Below are positions 25,184 to 35,573 of a DNA stretch of 64,000 nt, piece after piece. The notes under the pieces are model-generated. The model did not search any database. It saw only the letters and a list, made by a program, of their open reading frames with translations, and was not told where the DNA came from. A program made the position numbers and the translations under genes. Origin of the DNA: an uncultured Gammaproteobacteria bacterium (GTDB lineage: Bacteria; Patescibacteriota; Microgenomatia; UBA1406); contig CAYPVH010000008.1 in the NCBI GenBank assembly GCA_964414145.1, positions 17,369-81,368 of the forward strand. The letters are read 5' to 3'. Each line of letters starts with the position of its first letter. Position 1 is the stretch's first letter.

Positions 25184-25284
25184 AGAGTAATATTAGCAGA
25201 AAATAGTAATAGAAGAGATAAATAGAAAAGAATCTACTAAAAAAGTTAAGGTAAAGACGACATTATTTGAGATAATGTCTTCAA

Positions 25285-26421
25285 ATGAAAATACTTCTTA
25301 TACACAACTACTATAGACAATACGGAGGAGAGGAAACATATTTCAAAATACTAGTTAAAATTTTAAGAGAGAAAAAGCACAAAACTACAATTTATACAAA
25401 AAATAGTTCTGAGATAGTTGGCAGTAAAGATAAAATCTTAGCGGCATTTAGTCTTATTTTTAACAACAAAGAATACCATAGGCTTAGTAGATTGCTGGTA
25501 AGAGAAAGACCCGACATAGTTCATATAAATAACATTTACCCATTGATTGGCCCAGCAATTTTCTGGGCATGCAAGAAAAATAAGATACCAATAGTTCAGA
25601 CGATACACAATTATCGGTACCTATGCCCCAAAGGAACGCTTTTTAGAAAAAATAAGGTTTGTGAATTGTGTACAAATAGTACTTTTGCAGTACATTCAAT
25701 TATCTACTCTTGCTATGCAAATTCCCGACTAGCATCTCTTTTTTTAACCATCTCTCTTTACTTGCATAGAGTAAGTGGTGTATACAAAAAAATACATTTT
25801 ATTTTTCCTACAGAATTTATTTCTAAATATATTTGCGATAAGCTTCCAGAAGTAAAAGAAAATTCGATAATATTAGCTAATCCTATAGACGAATTCAAAC
25901 CTACTACACAAAATATAGATCTCAATGACAAAGATTATTATTTATGTTTTGGAAGAATTAGTGACGAAAAAGGAATTGGTAGACTTGTTAAAAACTTCAG
26001 ATATCTTAGAGATAAGAAATTAATAGTCGTTGGTAAAAATTCATCCATGCTCTCTACAAAAAACACACCAAATATAAAAACTATTGATTTTATAACTAGA
26101 GATAAAATCTTTCACCTAATAAAGAACTCTTTAGCTGTTATACTACCCTCATTATGGTATGAAGTTTTACCTTATGCGCTATTAGAAACTATTTCTATGA
26201 ATAAAGCAGTTATTGTTTCTAATAAAGCATTAAGCATAATAAGAAGTAAGAACTTAGATTTTAAATTTATAACATACAATCCCGATAGCTTAAGCAGCCT
26301 TAAAAAGGCGATTAGTGAATCTGGTAAGAAGTCTTTTGTTAAAACAAAAATAAATATTTCGAAAAAATATTATGAAAAACTTATTAAATTCTATGAAAAA
26401 ATTGTTATTGAAAATAAATAA
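25285..26421 (+). CDS. GT-B glycosyltransferase (family 4/1-like)
   Basis: MKILLIHNYYRQYGGEE N-terminus and a C-terminal SLWYEVLPYALLETISMNKAVIVSN (E-x7-E-like region). Confidence 0.8.
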   Translation: MKILLIHNYYRQYGGEETYFKILVKILREKKHKTTIYTKNSSEIVGSKDKILAAFSLIFNNKEYHRLSRLLVRERPDIVHINNIYPLIGPAIFWACKKNKIPIVQTIHNYRYLCPKGTLFRKNKVCELCTNSTFAVHSIIYSCYANSRLASLFLTISLYLHRVSGVYKKIHFIFPTEFISKYICDKLPEVKENSIILANPIDEFKPTTQNIDLNDKDYYLCFGRISDEKGIGRLVKNFRYLRDKKLIVVGKNSSMLSTKNTPNIKTIDFITRDKIFHLIKNSLAVILPSLWYEVLPYALLETISMNKAVIVSNKALSIIRSKNLDFKFITYNPDSLSSLKKAISESGKKSFVKTKINISKKYYEKLIKFYEKIVIENK

Positions 26422-27646
26422 TCTAAAGTATCTAAGCTTTATATTAGTAATGTCGCTGATTATAACCAGACTTCCACCTTTCTATATCATCCCCTATAAG
26501 TACCGTTTTTTTACATCTCACTCAATTGTAAAAGTCTTTCACTTCATATTACTTTTTTTCCTCTTAAAAAATAACGGTAAGGAACTTAGTGAAATATATA
26601 GTAAAAATAAAATATATTTGAATCTTATTGTTGTGTATTTTTTAATTCAATCTATTTCAGTAATTACTGCACTTGATATTAATGCATACCTAAACTCATT
26701 TCAGACCGTTGTAATTACATATACTATTTTCATTAATTCAATATTACTTTTAAGTAAAACAAAATACCCTTTAATAAAAATAAGTTTTTTTATCAGAAAA
26801 TTTGCCATCTTAATTATTTTTCTCGAAATTATATTCTTTATTTTTAATAAGCACTTATTACCCCTATCGTTTCTACAAAATGAATACTTGGATGCAATAA
26901 TGTACAATATCGACAGACAAAGATATACGCTTGAGCTTAATCCAGAAACACTACTTCCGTTTGTTTTTATCTCCACCAGTAAATATACAAATGTTATCCT
27001 GGTAACGCTTGTTGCATTTACTAGCTTCCTTTCAAACTTCCGTAGTCGTTTAATACTTCTGTTTTTCTCTTTGATTCTAATGGTTCGCTTATATTCAAAG
27101 GAAATAAATCAGAAATTAATAATCACACTGACAATAATCTTAGTTCCTTTATTAGTTTTAGTTAGTAATGAAATTTTCTCTTCTAATGTATTGCGCCGTT
27201 TTTCAGAAATCATTACTAGTAAACGTCAAGATTATCGAATTTTATCTATTAATAAAACATTTGATATTATCAAAAAATCACCTCTCTTAGGAGTTGGTTT
27301 AGGAAACTATGACAGTATTTATAGAGATAATAAATCAAATAATTCTTTATTACTTCCAAAATACGCAAAAAATTATACAAACTTGGTTTCAAAGTCGCCG
27401 CATAATATTTTTTTGAGTTCTCTATCAGAAACTGGAGTCATTGGTTTTATTTCCTTATCTATATTAATCATCTATTTTTTAAAGTTTGATATTTATTTAA
27501 TAAAACAAAAAAATAAACAACTAATACCTTATATAATTTCTGCTTGGTCAACTTTTATATTTACACTTTTTAATCCGTCACATACAATTTTTGTTATTGG
27601 TTGGTTCTGGTTTATGAGAGCAATAGTTTTAATTTATAATAAATAA
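26372..27646 (+). CDS. O-antigen ligase/polymerase (Wzy)-like membrane protein
   Basis: Polytopic. GVGLGNY and SPHNIFLSSLSETGVIGFISL motifs. The start is uncertain (50-nt overlap with the upstream gene; alternative ATGs at 26393 and 26450). Confidence 0.65.
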   Translation: MKNLLNSMKKLLLKINNLKYLSFILVMSLIITRLPPFYIIPYKYRFFTSHSIVKVFHFILLFFLLKNNGKELSEIYSKNKIYLNLIVVYFLIQSISVITALDINAYLNSFQTVVITYTIFINSILLLSKTKYPLIKISFFIRKFAILIIFLEIIFFIFNKHLLPLSFLQNEYLDAIMYNIDRQRYTLELNPETLLPFVFISTSKYTNVILVTLVAFTSFLSNFRSRLILLFFSLILMVRLYSKEINQKLIITLTIILVPLLVLVSNEIFSSNVLRRFSEIITSKRQDYRILSINKTFDIIKKSPLLGVGLGNYDSIYRDNKSNNSLLLPKYAKNYTNLVSKSPHNIFLSSLSETGVIGFISLSILIIYFLKFDIYLIKQKNKQLIPYIISAWSTFIFTLFNPSHTIFVIGWFWFMRAIVLIYNK

Positions 27647-28684
27647 ATGATTCTTATTACAGGTTCACTAGGCTTAATTGGTTTTGAATCTACAAAATTT
27701 TTTTTAGACAAGGGATTTGAAGTTATTGGCATCGACAATAACGCAAGGGCCGAATTATTCAATATCCAAACCCACTACAATCATAAACTTAATTTTTTAA
27801 AAAACAAATACCAGAATCTTTATAAACATTTCCACATCGACATCCGAAATCAAGATGAAGTAGAAAAAATATTTACAAAATATAAAGATAAAACCAAAGC
27901 TATTATTCATACCGCTGCACAAACTTCACATGACTGGGCAAAAAAAGCCCCACAGACCGACTTCTCAATAAATGCAGTTGGAACCTTAAACTTACTAGTG
28001 TTATTTAAAAAATACTGCCCAAAGGCGATATTTATTTATACTTCGACAAACAAAGTTTATGGTGATAAAGTAAATCAACTTTCGTTTATTAAAAATAGTA
28101 ACAGGTACGATTTGCCAGAAACAGCAAAATACTACGACGGGGTAAATGAGTCGATGAGTATTGATAATTCAACGCATAGCTTATTTGGAGTATCAAAAGT
28201 GTCTGCTGATCTGTTGGTGCAGGAATACGGGAGATATTTTGGTTTAAAAACAGGAGTATTTCGGCTTGGAGTTGTTACGGGAAGTAATCAGGAAGGCGCC
28301 ATATATCAGGGGTATTTGTCGTATTTTGCAAAACTGGTAAAAGAAAGTAAACAGATAAACATTCTTGGCTACAAAGGAAAACAAGTAAGAGACGTTATTC
28401 ATGCCCACGACGTTGCTACCGCTTTTTATGAATTCATAAAGAAACCTAAAAAAGGAGAGATTTATAATTTGGGGGGCGGTAGGGAGAATAGTATTTCAAT
28501 AAATGAAATTCTTACCAAGATAAAAAAGTTCACAAAGAAAAAAATTTGGACACAATATAAAAATACACCTAGAAAAGGTGATCACAAGTGGTGGATTACC
28601 GATACTTGTAAGTTTAGAAAAGACTACCCAAAATGGAACAAAAAATATTCACTAAATAAGATTATTAAGGAGGTTTTTGTTTAA
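27647..28684 (+). CDS. NAD-dependent epimerase/dehydratase (SDR), CDP-paratose-2-epimerase-like
   Basis: MILITGSLGLIGFES (GxxGxxG). Catalytic YTSTNKVYG / YGVSKVSADL (YxxxK). IYNLGGGRENSISINEIL. Confidence 0.85.
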   Translation: MILITGSLGLIGFESTKFFLDKGFEVIGIDNNARAELFNIQTHYNHKLNFLKNKYQNLYKHFHIDIRNQDEVEKIFTKYKDKTKAIIHTAAQTSHDWAKKAPQTDFSINAVGTLNLLVLFKKYCPKAIFIYTSTNKVYGDKVNQLSFIKNSNRYDLPETAKYYDGVNESMSIDNSTHSLFGVSKVSADLLVQEYGRYFGLKTGVFRLGVVTGSNQEGAIYQGYLSYFAKLVKESKQINILGYKGKQVRDVIHAHDVATAFYEFIKKPKKGEIYNLGGGRENSISINEILTKIKKFTKKKIWTQYKNTPRKGDHKWWITDTCKFRKDYPKWNKKYSLNKIIKEVFV

Positions 28685-28688
28685 ATAT

Positions 28689-29447
28689 ATGTATAAAGGT
28701 AAATTTTCAATTCTAAATAATCAAATTACGGCATGCGATTATAAATATGTAGTAGATGAAATTTTGTTAGCTATTAAGCAAAATAATAAAAAACTTATTG
28801 CACCGGTAGCTTCCCAAACAATAACTAAAGCATACTTTCAGCCAGAACTATGCAAAACACTATCCTCTTACATTTTATTACCCGACAGTGAATGGATAAA
28901 ACGATCTTTAAATTGGCTTTATGGCACTAAACTAAAAGAGCGAATATATGGACCAAAGCTAATGCTGAAGCTTTGTAAGGTTGCAGAAAATAGTAGATCG
29001 CGTATTTTTCTTTATGGAACCAGCAATAAAAATCTAGCAATGCTAACAGATAGGCTTAGAGTGCTTTACCCAAAAATAGTACTAAACAGTGAGGCTTCTC
29101 TTTTTAGACCGCTTAAACCACTCGAACAGACCAGGCTAATTAATAAAATAAATAAATTTAAAAGCGACATTGTTTTTGTGGCTTTAGGTAGCCCATTACA
29201 AGAAATATTCGCCTACGACGTTTTGTATAAAAATTTAAACAAGGGAGTTATTGTTACCGTTGGCGCTGCATTTGATTTTATTTCTGGTAACAAAAAGCAA
29301 GCTCCAGAATTTGTTGGTAATATGGGATTGGAGTGGTTATATAGGCTAATTCATGAACCAAAGAGATTATGGAAAAGGTATGTGATTTATGGACCAATAT
29401 TTGTTCTTTATGTTTTTCTTAAAACAGTCAGCAAGCTAAGAAAGTGA
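28689..29447 (+). CDS. WecB/TagA/CpsF family (GT26) glycosyltransferase
   Basis: DIVFVALGSPLQEIFA and VGAAFDFISGNKKQAPEFVGNMGLEWLYRLIHEPKRLWKRY. AAGGAGG lies upstream. The track ORF begins at TTG 28677. Confidence 0.85.
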   Translation: MYKGKFSILNNQITACDYKYVVDEILLAIKQNNKKLIAPVASQTITKAYFQPELCKTLSSYILLPDSEWIKRSLNWLYGTKLKERIYGPKLMLKLCKVAENSRSRIFLYGTSNKNLAMLTDRLRVLYPKIVLNSEASLFRPLKPLEQTRLINKINKFKSDIVFVALGSPLQEIFAYDVLYKNLNKGVIVTVGAAFDFISGNKKQAPEFVGNMGLEWLYRLIHEPKRLWKRYVIYGPIFVLYVFLKTVSKLRK

Positions 29448-31970
29448 AGATAAAAGAGCATAGTACGCTGGCTTTGGTATATCTTCGTTATCAAACAGTA
29501 AAGGATCTGCTTCACTTGCATTTGGCAAACCATTTTCAGGTTTTTCTAGCCATGTTTCTCTGTCTGTTACACCCCAAACTACTATACTTTCCACTCCTTC
29601 TTCTAGGGCAACTTGAGTTATTCTATGATAAATACTTGCCTGCAACATTAGTTTTTCTTCTAGGCTTAGATCGTTAAGACCTTCATTTAACCTAATATCT
29701 AATTCTGTTAACCTTACTTGTATGCCTAACTCTTTGTATCTCCTTACTTGCTGTCTGAATCTTTCTACTGTTGGATTAAATTTGTCATTTTTGAAATCTC
29801 TGGCGTACAGATGCATCTGAAACCCAACAGCATCTATAGGTGCGCCTGCTGTAATAGCATTTTCAAGAAGGTTATATGTTTGTTGTTCTTTTTCTACAGA
29901 GAAAGTACTTGAGCCAGGAATTTCTATTCCATATTCGTTGTAAACTAATACCGCACTTGGATCTACAGATTTTGCTTTTGTAAACACCCTCTTAACAAAA
30001 TCTACATCCGATATCCCTAATTCGTTTGCCTTTACTTTCCAAAATTTATATTTTGATTCATCTTTAAAGGGGTTTCCGAGATATTCGTTTAATAAGGAGT
30101 AAGACTCTGCACTACCCCGATATTGTGTAAGTAATTTTTCAATGTGCAATTCAACAACTGACCAAAATTGATCTGCTGAATTTATATTTTTAACCCACTC
30201 TGGTATTGTGCTTTCGTTTCCCCACAAGACAGAGTTGAATTGTAAATTCATATCGCCTTGCTCCGCATATCCTCTGACTTGATTAGGAATAAAGTAGTTA
30301 TGTTTATCAGGAGTAGGTCGAAGATCGTATTTACCACCTTCAATCCCTGTTCTCCATGCTATATCAGGTGAAACGACAGTCGTAAAATGACGTTTGGGTA
30401 AAGCCATGTATTTTTGTCCCATATGGTTAGGATCTTTAACATGCCACCCAGTAAGCATTGTCCCTATTTGTACACTATTAGCTTCGGCAAGTTCCCTAGG
30501 AGTAGTTGAATTAATCCTCCAACCATCAGCAGTATTTGTTATTTCAAAAAGTTTAGTCGGTTGAAAGATAGTACTATATTTTTGTTGTAAAGGGGAAAGT
30601 GAAGTTAATTGAGGAATAGCAATAACAAAATATCTACCATTTTCTTCACTTACTGTTAGTGCTAGATTTTCTTCTGGAACTCTCATTACCTCTAAATATT
30701 GACTTATTCCATTTCTATAGCTTTCTTCGTCTTTTAACCCCTCAAATATTTCTTCAATTGATTTAGGCTTTTGCCACTCCCACATATTATCTTCTTCTTC
30801 ATAAACAGCTGTGGCAACTTCACTACCTTCTTCATTAACGGCCACAACTTTACCTTCCTGGGTTATGACTTCTTTGTACTCAATATCTTCATCAGGATAC
30901 GGCACTAATGGATTTTCATATAAAACGCCTTCCGGGTCTGTATCGGCAAAATAGACTGCTGACTCTGCTTCTAGTTCTTCTGCTAACCCTTCTTCGATTT
31001 TGTTAATTGGGGCAGTTGTATCTTGGTTAAAGCGAATTTGGCCACCATCTATTTCGGCGCCAGACTGACTAACTAACTGTTCAAACTGAGCATGTGGCAA
31101 TGAAACCATAAATAGTCTGGGGGTTTGAGGTGAATCTACTGTTCTACCTGCATTCTCTTCAATAGCTACCATCACCCTATCCCCATATTGACCAACTACA
31201 AGCATATTGCTATTTGGTTTTAAAACAAACCCGGGAGGCAAAGCCCCTTCAATTACTGTTTGTTCTGGTACTTTTAGAGCCACTCTGGGAATAGCCAGGT
31301 GGTTATCTTGATCGTCTTTTAAGGCAGATAAAGATTCTGCAAAGCTAACAGGTTGGTTAGTAATTTCTGCTCTATTGGCTAAGGAAAGAATATATTTAAG
31401 CCCTTTTATTGGGCTTTCGGGCAAAGTTTGGTCAAAAACAATTTGGTCCTCACCCTTTAAATACCATGAGCTATTAGCAGCGCCAACGAGATCTGAAGCC
31501 GAAGCTTGAGTTGGTTCGACTGCTTCAGGTGTAGCCGGCAATGATACTTGGGTACCCGGATCAAAACCTTCACCACCAATATTCGCTAAACCATCTGCAA
31601 TAAGTTGTGCAGTTATTTCGATTGGCTGAGGAGACCGTACTTCTGAAGAAGCTGGTGGCTCCCCTGTGGGTGGTGGCGGTGGATCTGTTGGTGGAGGAGC
31701 ACCTGTTGCGATAGCAGCCCTAGTTGGTATACGAGTTGGAATTAATGGTGTAGAAGTTGCAGGAATGGAAGTTGCTTCGGGTTGCGAGCCACATGCTACT
31801 AAAAATTCAGAAGCTGCTGTAAGGGAAATACCTAATAGTGTTGCATTACGTAAAAATTCTCGCCTTGTTTGCATTGGATTTAAGCCCTGCCAACATTCTG
31901 GTTCAGAATCTTCTTTTCTACTTCGTGAACCAGTGAACCTAGTTTTAACTCTGTCAGTAAATTCACTCAT
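29436..31970 (-). CDS. Tat/lipobox-exported multidomain protein with a C-terminal GH10 (endo-beta-1,4-xylanase-like) domain
   Basis: Likely start ATG 31874 (MQTRREFLRNATLLGISLTAASEFLVAC: twin-arginine motif plus LVAC lipobox), then a Pro-rich linker PPPTDPPPPPTGEPP. GH10 motifs: LLNEY, VYNEYGIE, IDAVGFQMHL, IQVRLTELDIRL, VVWGVTDRETWL. Confidence 0.8.
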   Translation of the reverse strand: MSEFTDRVKTRFTGSRSRKEDSEPECWQGLNPMQTRREFLRNATLLGISLTAASEFLVACGSQPEATSIPATSTPLIPTRIPTRAAIATGAPPPTDPPPPPTGEPPASSEVRSPQPIEITAQLIADGLANIGGEGFDPGTQVSLPATPEAVEPTQASASDLVGAANSSWYLKGEDQIVFDQTLPESPIKGLKYILSLANRAEITNQPVSFAESLSALKDDQDNHLAIPRVALKVPEQTVIEGALPPGFVLKPNSNMLVVGQYGDRVMVAIEENAGRTVDSPQTPRLFMVSLPHAQFEQLVSQSGAEIDGGQIRFNQDTTAPINKIEEGLAEELEAESAVYFADTDPEGVLYENPLVPYPDEDIEYKEVITQEGKVVAVNEEGSEVATAVYEEEDNMWEWQKPKSIEEIFEGLKDEESYRNGISQYLEVMRVPEENLALTVSEENGRYFVIAIPQLTSLSPLQQKYSTIFQPTKLFEITNTADGWRINSTTPRELAEANSVQIGTMLTGWHVKDPNHMGQKYMALPKRHFTTVVSPDIAWRTGIEGGKYDLRPTPDKHNYFIPNQVRGYAEQGDMNLQFNSVLWGNESTIPEWVKNINSADQFWSVVELHIEKLLTQYRGSAESYSLLNEYLGNPFKDESKYKFWKVKANELGISDVDFVKRVFTKAKSVDPSAVLVYNEYGIEIPGSSTFSVEKEQQTYNLLENAITAGAPIDAVGFQMHLYARDFKNDKFNPTVERFRQQVRRYKELGIQVRLTELDIRLNEGLNDLSLEEKLMLQASIYHRITQVALEEGVESIVVWGVTDRETWLEKPENGLPNASEADPLLFDNEDIPKPAYYALLSSLS

Positions 31971-32017
31971 ATTATGGGATATTATAAACTACTATTTTTA
32001 CTTTTTGCAAGTCGATA

Positions 32018-32824
32018 TTAATTTATATCGGCAACTAGGTAATTCTCAAACTGAAAACTGGGCAAGTTTAGATTTAAACTGCGCCCTTTTTTTAGTTCTT
32101 GTTCATAACCATATACCCAGTTACCCTTACTTTGCTGCAATTTAATTTTAGCCTTTACTGTTACCGATTGCCTGGGTTCGGTATAGGCTGGGTATTCGTA
32201 GTGGTTAGTGGTGTCTTTTGATTCCTTAGCAAGAACTTCAAAAACTACTTCTTCGCCGTCAAAGTACTTTTCACCTACTTGAATTGAATCGGCTTCCCAG
32301 GGCATAGCTAAACTCTTGTAAAGAGTAACTGTTTTTTCAACCCATTGTTCTTGAGGCTTTTTTTTAGAAACAGCCGTGACCGTACCGGTAACTTCGGTTG
32401 TAGGGAAACTTAATTCAATAGGTGCCCCAACAACTAACCTATCCCGATTAAAACTATAGCCTTCCTTTTTATTGCCATTTACCTTGAGTTTTAAAATTAG
32501 GTAGATATCATATTGGTTGGAACCCCACCAAGGGTAAGAACGAACCGAAATTATTTCTGCATTATTCCCGCGCAGGCCCTTGTCGGCCATACCTTTTTTT
32601 AACCCGTCAACCAACCAAACCGGAGCATGGTTAGTATTTGCCCACCACATACCTTGTGCTACCTTCACTCGAGTGTAAACATACTTTGGTGGAACAACAA
32701 AGAGTTTATAAAAAGATACAATTGCAACAAAACCAATAGCAGCAAAAAAAATCAGAATAAAGTAGTTGTCCTTAGCAAAGAGAAGCAATTTTTTTGTGAC
32801 CGATTTATTCTTTTTGAAGAACAT
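32018..32824 (-). CDS. N-terminally anchored hypothetical protein
   Basis: Probable start ATG 32824 (MFFKKNKSVTKKLLLFAKDNYFILIFFAAIGFVAIVSF). No family recognised. Confidence 0.5.
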   Translation of the reverse strand: MFFKKNKSVTKKLLLFAKDNYFILIFFAAIGFVAIVSFYKLFVVPPKYVYTRVKVAQGMWWANTNHAPVWLVDGLKKGMADKGLRGNNAEIISVRSYPWWGSNQYDIYLILKLKVNGNKKEGYSFNRDRLVVGAPIELSFPTTEVTGTVTAVSKKKPQEQWVEKTVTLYKSLAMPWEADSIQVGEKYFDGEEVVFEVLAKESKDTTNHYEYPAYTEPRQSVTVKAKIKLQQSKGNWVYGYEQELKKGRSLNLNLPSFQFENYLVADIN

Positions 32825-32926
32825 TAAAGAGTAGTATACATGAATATAATTTAAAATTAAAAATGCAAAATTAAAAAAATCAAGCTCCAAAAAACAATTT
32901 CCAAACAAATCACAAATTACAAACAA

Positions 32927-33520
32927 AATTAAGATTTTAAGAATACAAGAATTTAAAACAAGAGTTAGGATTTAAGAGCTATAAGTTACGGGTTACTAGT
33001 TGCGAGTTGCGGGTTGTGATAAAGACCAAATAATTTACAGTTTAGAGTTAATAAATAGAATGCAAAGACCTGTCATGTTGAGCGCCAGTGAAACATCCCA
33101 TAGGATCCTTCGGTCGTTCGCCTAAGGCGGACTCCCTCGAGGATGACGTATGTATAAACAAAACTCGAAAGTCGATTATCGAAACCAGAAATAATACTAA
33201 ATCTAAGAATCTTATAGATTCAAAATAGAATGGTAAATGTTTTGATATTGATTTTTTAGTAATTTAAATTTGCTTCGGATTTTTATTACATTGGATACTT
33301 TTGGGATTCTTCGCTCCACTCAGAATGACACAGGCTAGATTGTTGAATGGTTAAATTGCTATATTTATTCATTGTTAAGTATAAACAATCAATTTTGAAG
33401 CTCGAATTTTGTCCGTCAGCCACCGAATTGAATGAATCCATAATCCATAATCCATAATTCGTAATTCATAATGGATAAATAGATTAATTGTTTCATTGCT
33501 TCATGGCTTCATTGTTGAAT
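32927..33520. repeat. ~0.6-kb non-coding tract packed with heptad repeats, GC hairpins and dispersed blocks
   Basis: ttaagaa tacaaga attt..., agttacg ggttact agttgcg agttgcg ggttgtg (32985-), atccata atccata atccata attcgta attcata (33446-), gtcatgttgagcgccagtgaaacatcc, gggattcttcgctccactcagaatgacac, and the 40-nt block 33140-33179 shared with 10242-10281. Confidence 0.7.
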
Positions 33521-33640
33521 ACCAACATATCTATTTTGAAGATTGTTCGCCAGGCGGCAAATCGATTAATTTTAGTGCTTAATTTAGAAATTTAAAAATT
33601 CCCAGACCATTGTTGCTCTAAGTTAGGTTAAAATAGATCT

Positions 33641-34240
33641 ATGCAAAGAATAGTTGCTTTAATGCTTTTAGGCTTACTGTTCCCTATAATTGGCTTTCTT
33701 TACCTACTGGTCAAGCTAACCTCTCGCGGCCCATTTATATTTAACCAGAAAAGATGGGGCAAGAATAAAAAACCCTTTTTTATGTACAAAATTCGCACCA
33801 TGATAGAAAACGCCGAAGAATTAAAGCCTAAACTAAACAACCAAAATGAAGCCAATGGGCCGGTATTTAAAATTAGGCACGACCCAAGGTACACTAGAAT
33901 AGGAAAAATATTGTCTCATAGTGGGATTGATGAAATTTTACAGCTAATAAACATTGTTAAGGGCGAAATGGCTTTTGTAGGGCCGCGGCCTTTACCTATT
34001 GATGAGGCAAAAAAAGTGCCCGAAAAGTACAACAAACGCTTTTCCGTTTTGCCCGGTATAACCTCATTGTGGGTAGTTAACGGGGCTCATAACTTAACCT
34101 TTGACCAATGGATGCAAAGCGACATAGATTATATAAACCAAAAAACCAGCCAGTTAGATATGATTATATTAGCTAAAACATTGGCAATTATAGTTGGGCA
34201 ACTAACTAAAATACAGCTTAAATATGAAAAAACACACTAA
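33641..34240 (+). CDS. small monotopic phosphoglycosyl transferase (bacterial sugar transferase family, PglC/WbaP C-terminal type)
   Basis: SRGPFIFNQKRWGKNKKPFFMYKIRTM, NGPVFKIRHDPRYTRIG, LQLINIVKGEMAFVGPRPLP. Confidence 0.9.
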   Translation: MQRIVALMLLGLLFPIIGFLYLLVKLTSRGPFIFNQKRWGKNKKPFFMYKIRTMIENAEELKPKLNNQNEANGPVFKIRHDPRYTRIGKILSHSGIDEILQLINIVKGEMAFVGPRPLPIDEAKKVPEKYNKRFSVLPGITSLWVVNGAHNLTFDQWMQSDIDYINQKTSQLDMIILAKTLAIIVGQLTKIQLKYEKTH

Positions 34241-34985
34241 ACACTTTTTTATTTCGCTAATACTATTTTCAGTAACTGCAATACAGTTGCTTTACCTATT
34301 CAAAGACAATATAAAAAACAAAGCAGCCACAGATAAAACCACTGCGAATAAAACAGAAGTAGAATTTTTTAAGTTTGCCCGGCTGATGGGTATTTCCAAT
34401 ATAGAAGTGCTATCGCGATTGACAGGGGTTATCGACTTAAAGAGTAACTTTTTTAATGAACCTGCAGTTACGCTAAAAAATGATAAAAGCATTGCTATAA
34501 AAAATAACAGTATTAATGATTACCTAGAATATAATAGCGAGTTAATACCAGTTAATAAGCCTTTTCGGTTATTGGTTGACTTTGAAAATATAGGCAAGCG
34601 CTCGTCAATAACCATAACCGGAGATATGGGTAAGGACAACCGCCCAAGTTGGTGGGACGGGCTGGTTAGAATATATGTGCACAGATACCAAAACAACGAC
34701 TTAATTTTAGAAATTAGAGATGGGAAAAGCGCTGACAGTTTTGCCTTAATTAAACTCAACACTACCAAGCAGAGTATAATTATGGAATTTGTAGACAAGA
34801 GCGGTAAACAAATTAATATACTTACCGAAAACGGAAATATGATTGAAGAAATATATATTCCAGAACTTGAAGGTGTTGATTTACCAAATGGGTTATTTAT
34901 AAACGGTAGTGCATACTTTGGTATTTCTGTTGCCCCCAAAACCACAATGAAGCTAAACAGCTTTTACTTGTATAAAGAAGAGTAA
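34224..34985 (+). CDS. N-terminally anchored hypothetical protein
   Basis: TM FFISLILFSVTAIQLLYLF. 17-nt overlap with the upstream sugar transferase gene suggests co-transcription. Confidence 0.5.
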   Translation: MKKHTKHFFISLILFSVTAIQLLYLFKDNIKNKAATDKTTANKTEVEFFKFARLMGISNIEVLSRLTGVIDLKSNFFNEPAVTLKNDKSIAIKNNSINDYLEYNSELIPVNKPFRLLVDFENIGKRSSITITGDMGKDNRPSWWDGLVRIYVHRYQNNDLILEIRDGKSADSFALIKLNTTKQSIIMEFVDKSGKQINILTENGNMIEEIYIPELEGVDLPNGLFINGSAYFGISVAPKTTMKLNSFYLYKEE

Positions 34986-34993
34986 GGAATTGA

Positions 34994-35497
34994 TTAGTTA
35001 ACCTTGACTACTGCTACCCCGGTTATTTGAATGGCTTTGGTTTTATCCAGTTCCCTTACAATTTTCATTGCTACCGTGTCGCCTGGTTTTAACGCTTCAA
35101 AAGCAAAAGGCTTTTCCTGACCCATTTCCAAAACATATGCCTTCACGTTTTCCATTTCTGCTTCTGTAAAATAGAAGTCTACGTTTTTGCCTTTTTCAAG
35201 CTCTAATGACAGCTTGGCATAATAACCTAAGTTTTGTAAGGTTTTGTTTGGTTTGGCAATAATTTCGGTAATTTTGCTTTGATAGCTGGTAGTAACATTG
35301 GTAGAGGTAATAATACCTTTGTAAAGCATGTCGTCGTAACCTTCAAGGGCGGTAACCGAACAAAGTTTTTCGTCTTTAGTAGCTTGTGCCAATTCTTGGT
35401 ACTCGGCTATTTTGCCCCGTAAGTGCGCCAAAAGGGCAATTTCGGCGACAGCTACAACAACTAAAACCAGAACCAGAGAAGTATATTTTTTATTCAT
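34994..35497 (-). CDS. N-terminally anchored hypothetical protein, paralogue of 36833..37339
   Basis: Same size and architecture as 36833..37339. Shared C-terminal block LKPGDTVAMKIVRELDKTKAIQITGVAVVKV vs IKPGDKIKIMLEADLVKHPKDSIIKCSIIKV. Confidence 0.55.
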   Translation of the reverse strand: MNKKYTSLVLVLVVVAVAEIALLAHLRGKIAEYQELAQATKDEKLCSVTALEGYDDMLYKGIITSTNVTTSYQSKITEIIAKPNKTLQNLGYYAKLSLELEKGKNVDFYFTEAEMENVKAYVLEMGQEKPFAFEALKPGDTVAMKIVRELDKTKAIQITGVAVVKVN

Positions 35498-35573
35498 GTT
35501 ATGTTCAGTATAGAAAGCTTTAAAAATAAAGTCAATAAGTTAATAAGTAAAACCTATCGCTCATACAAAATAG

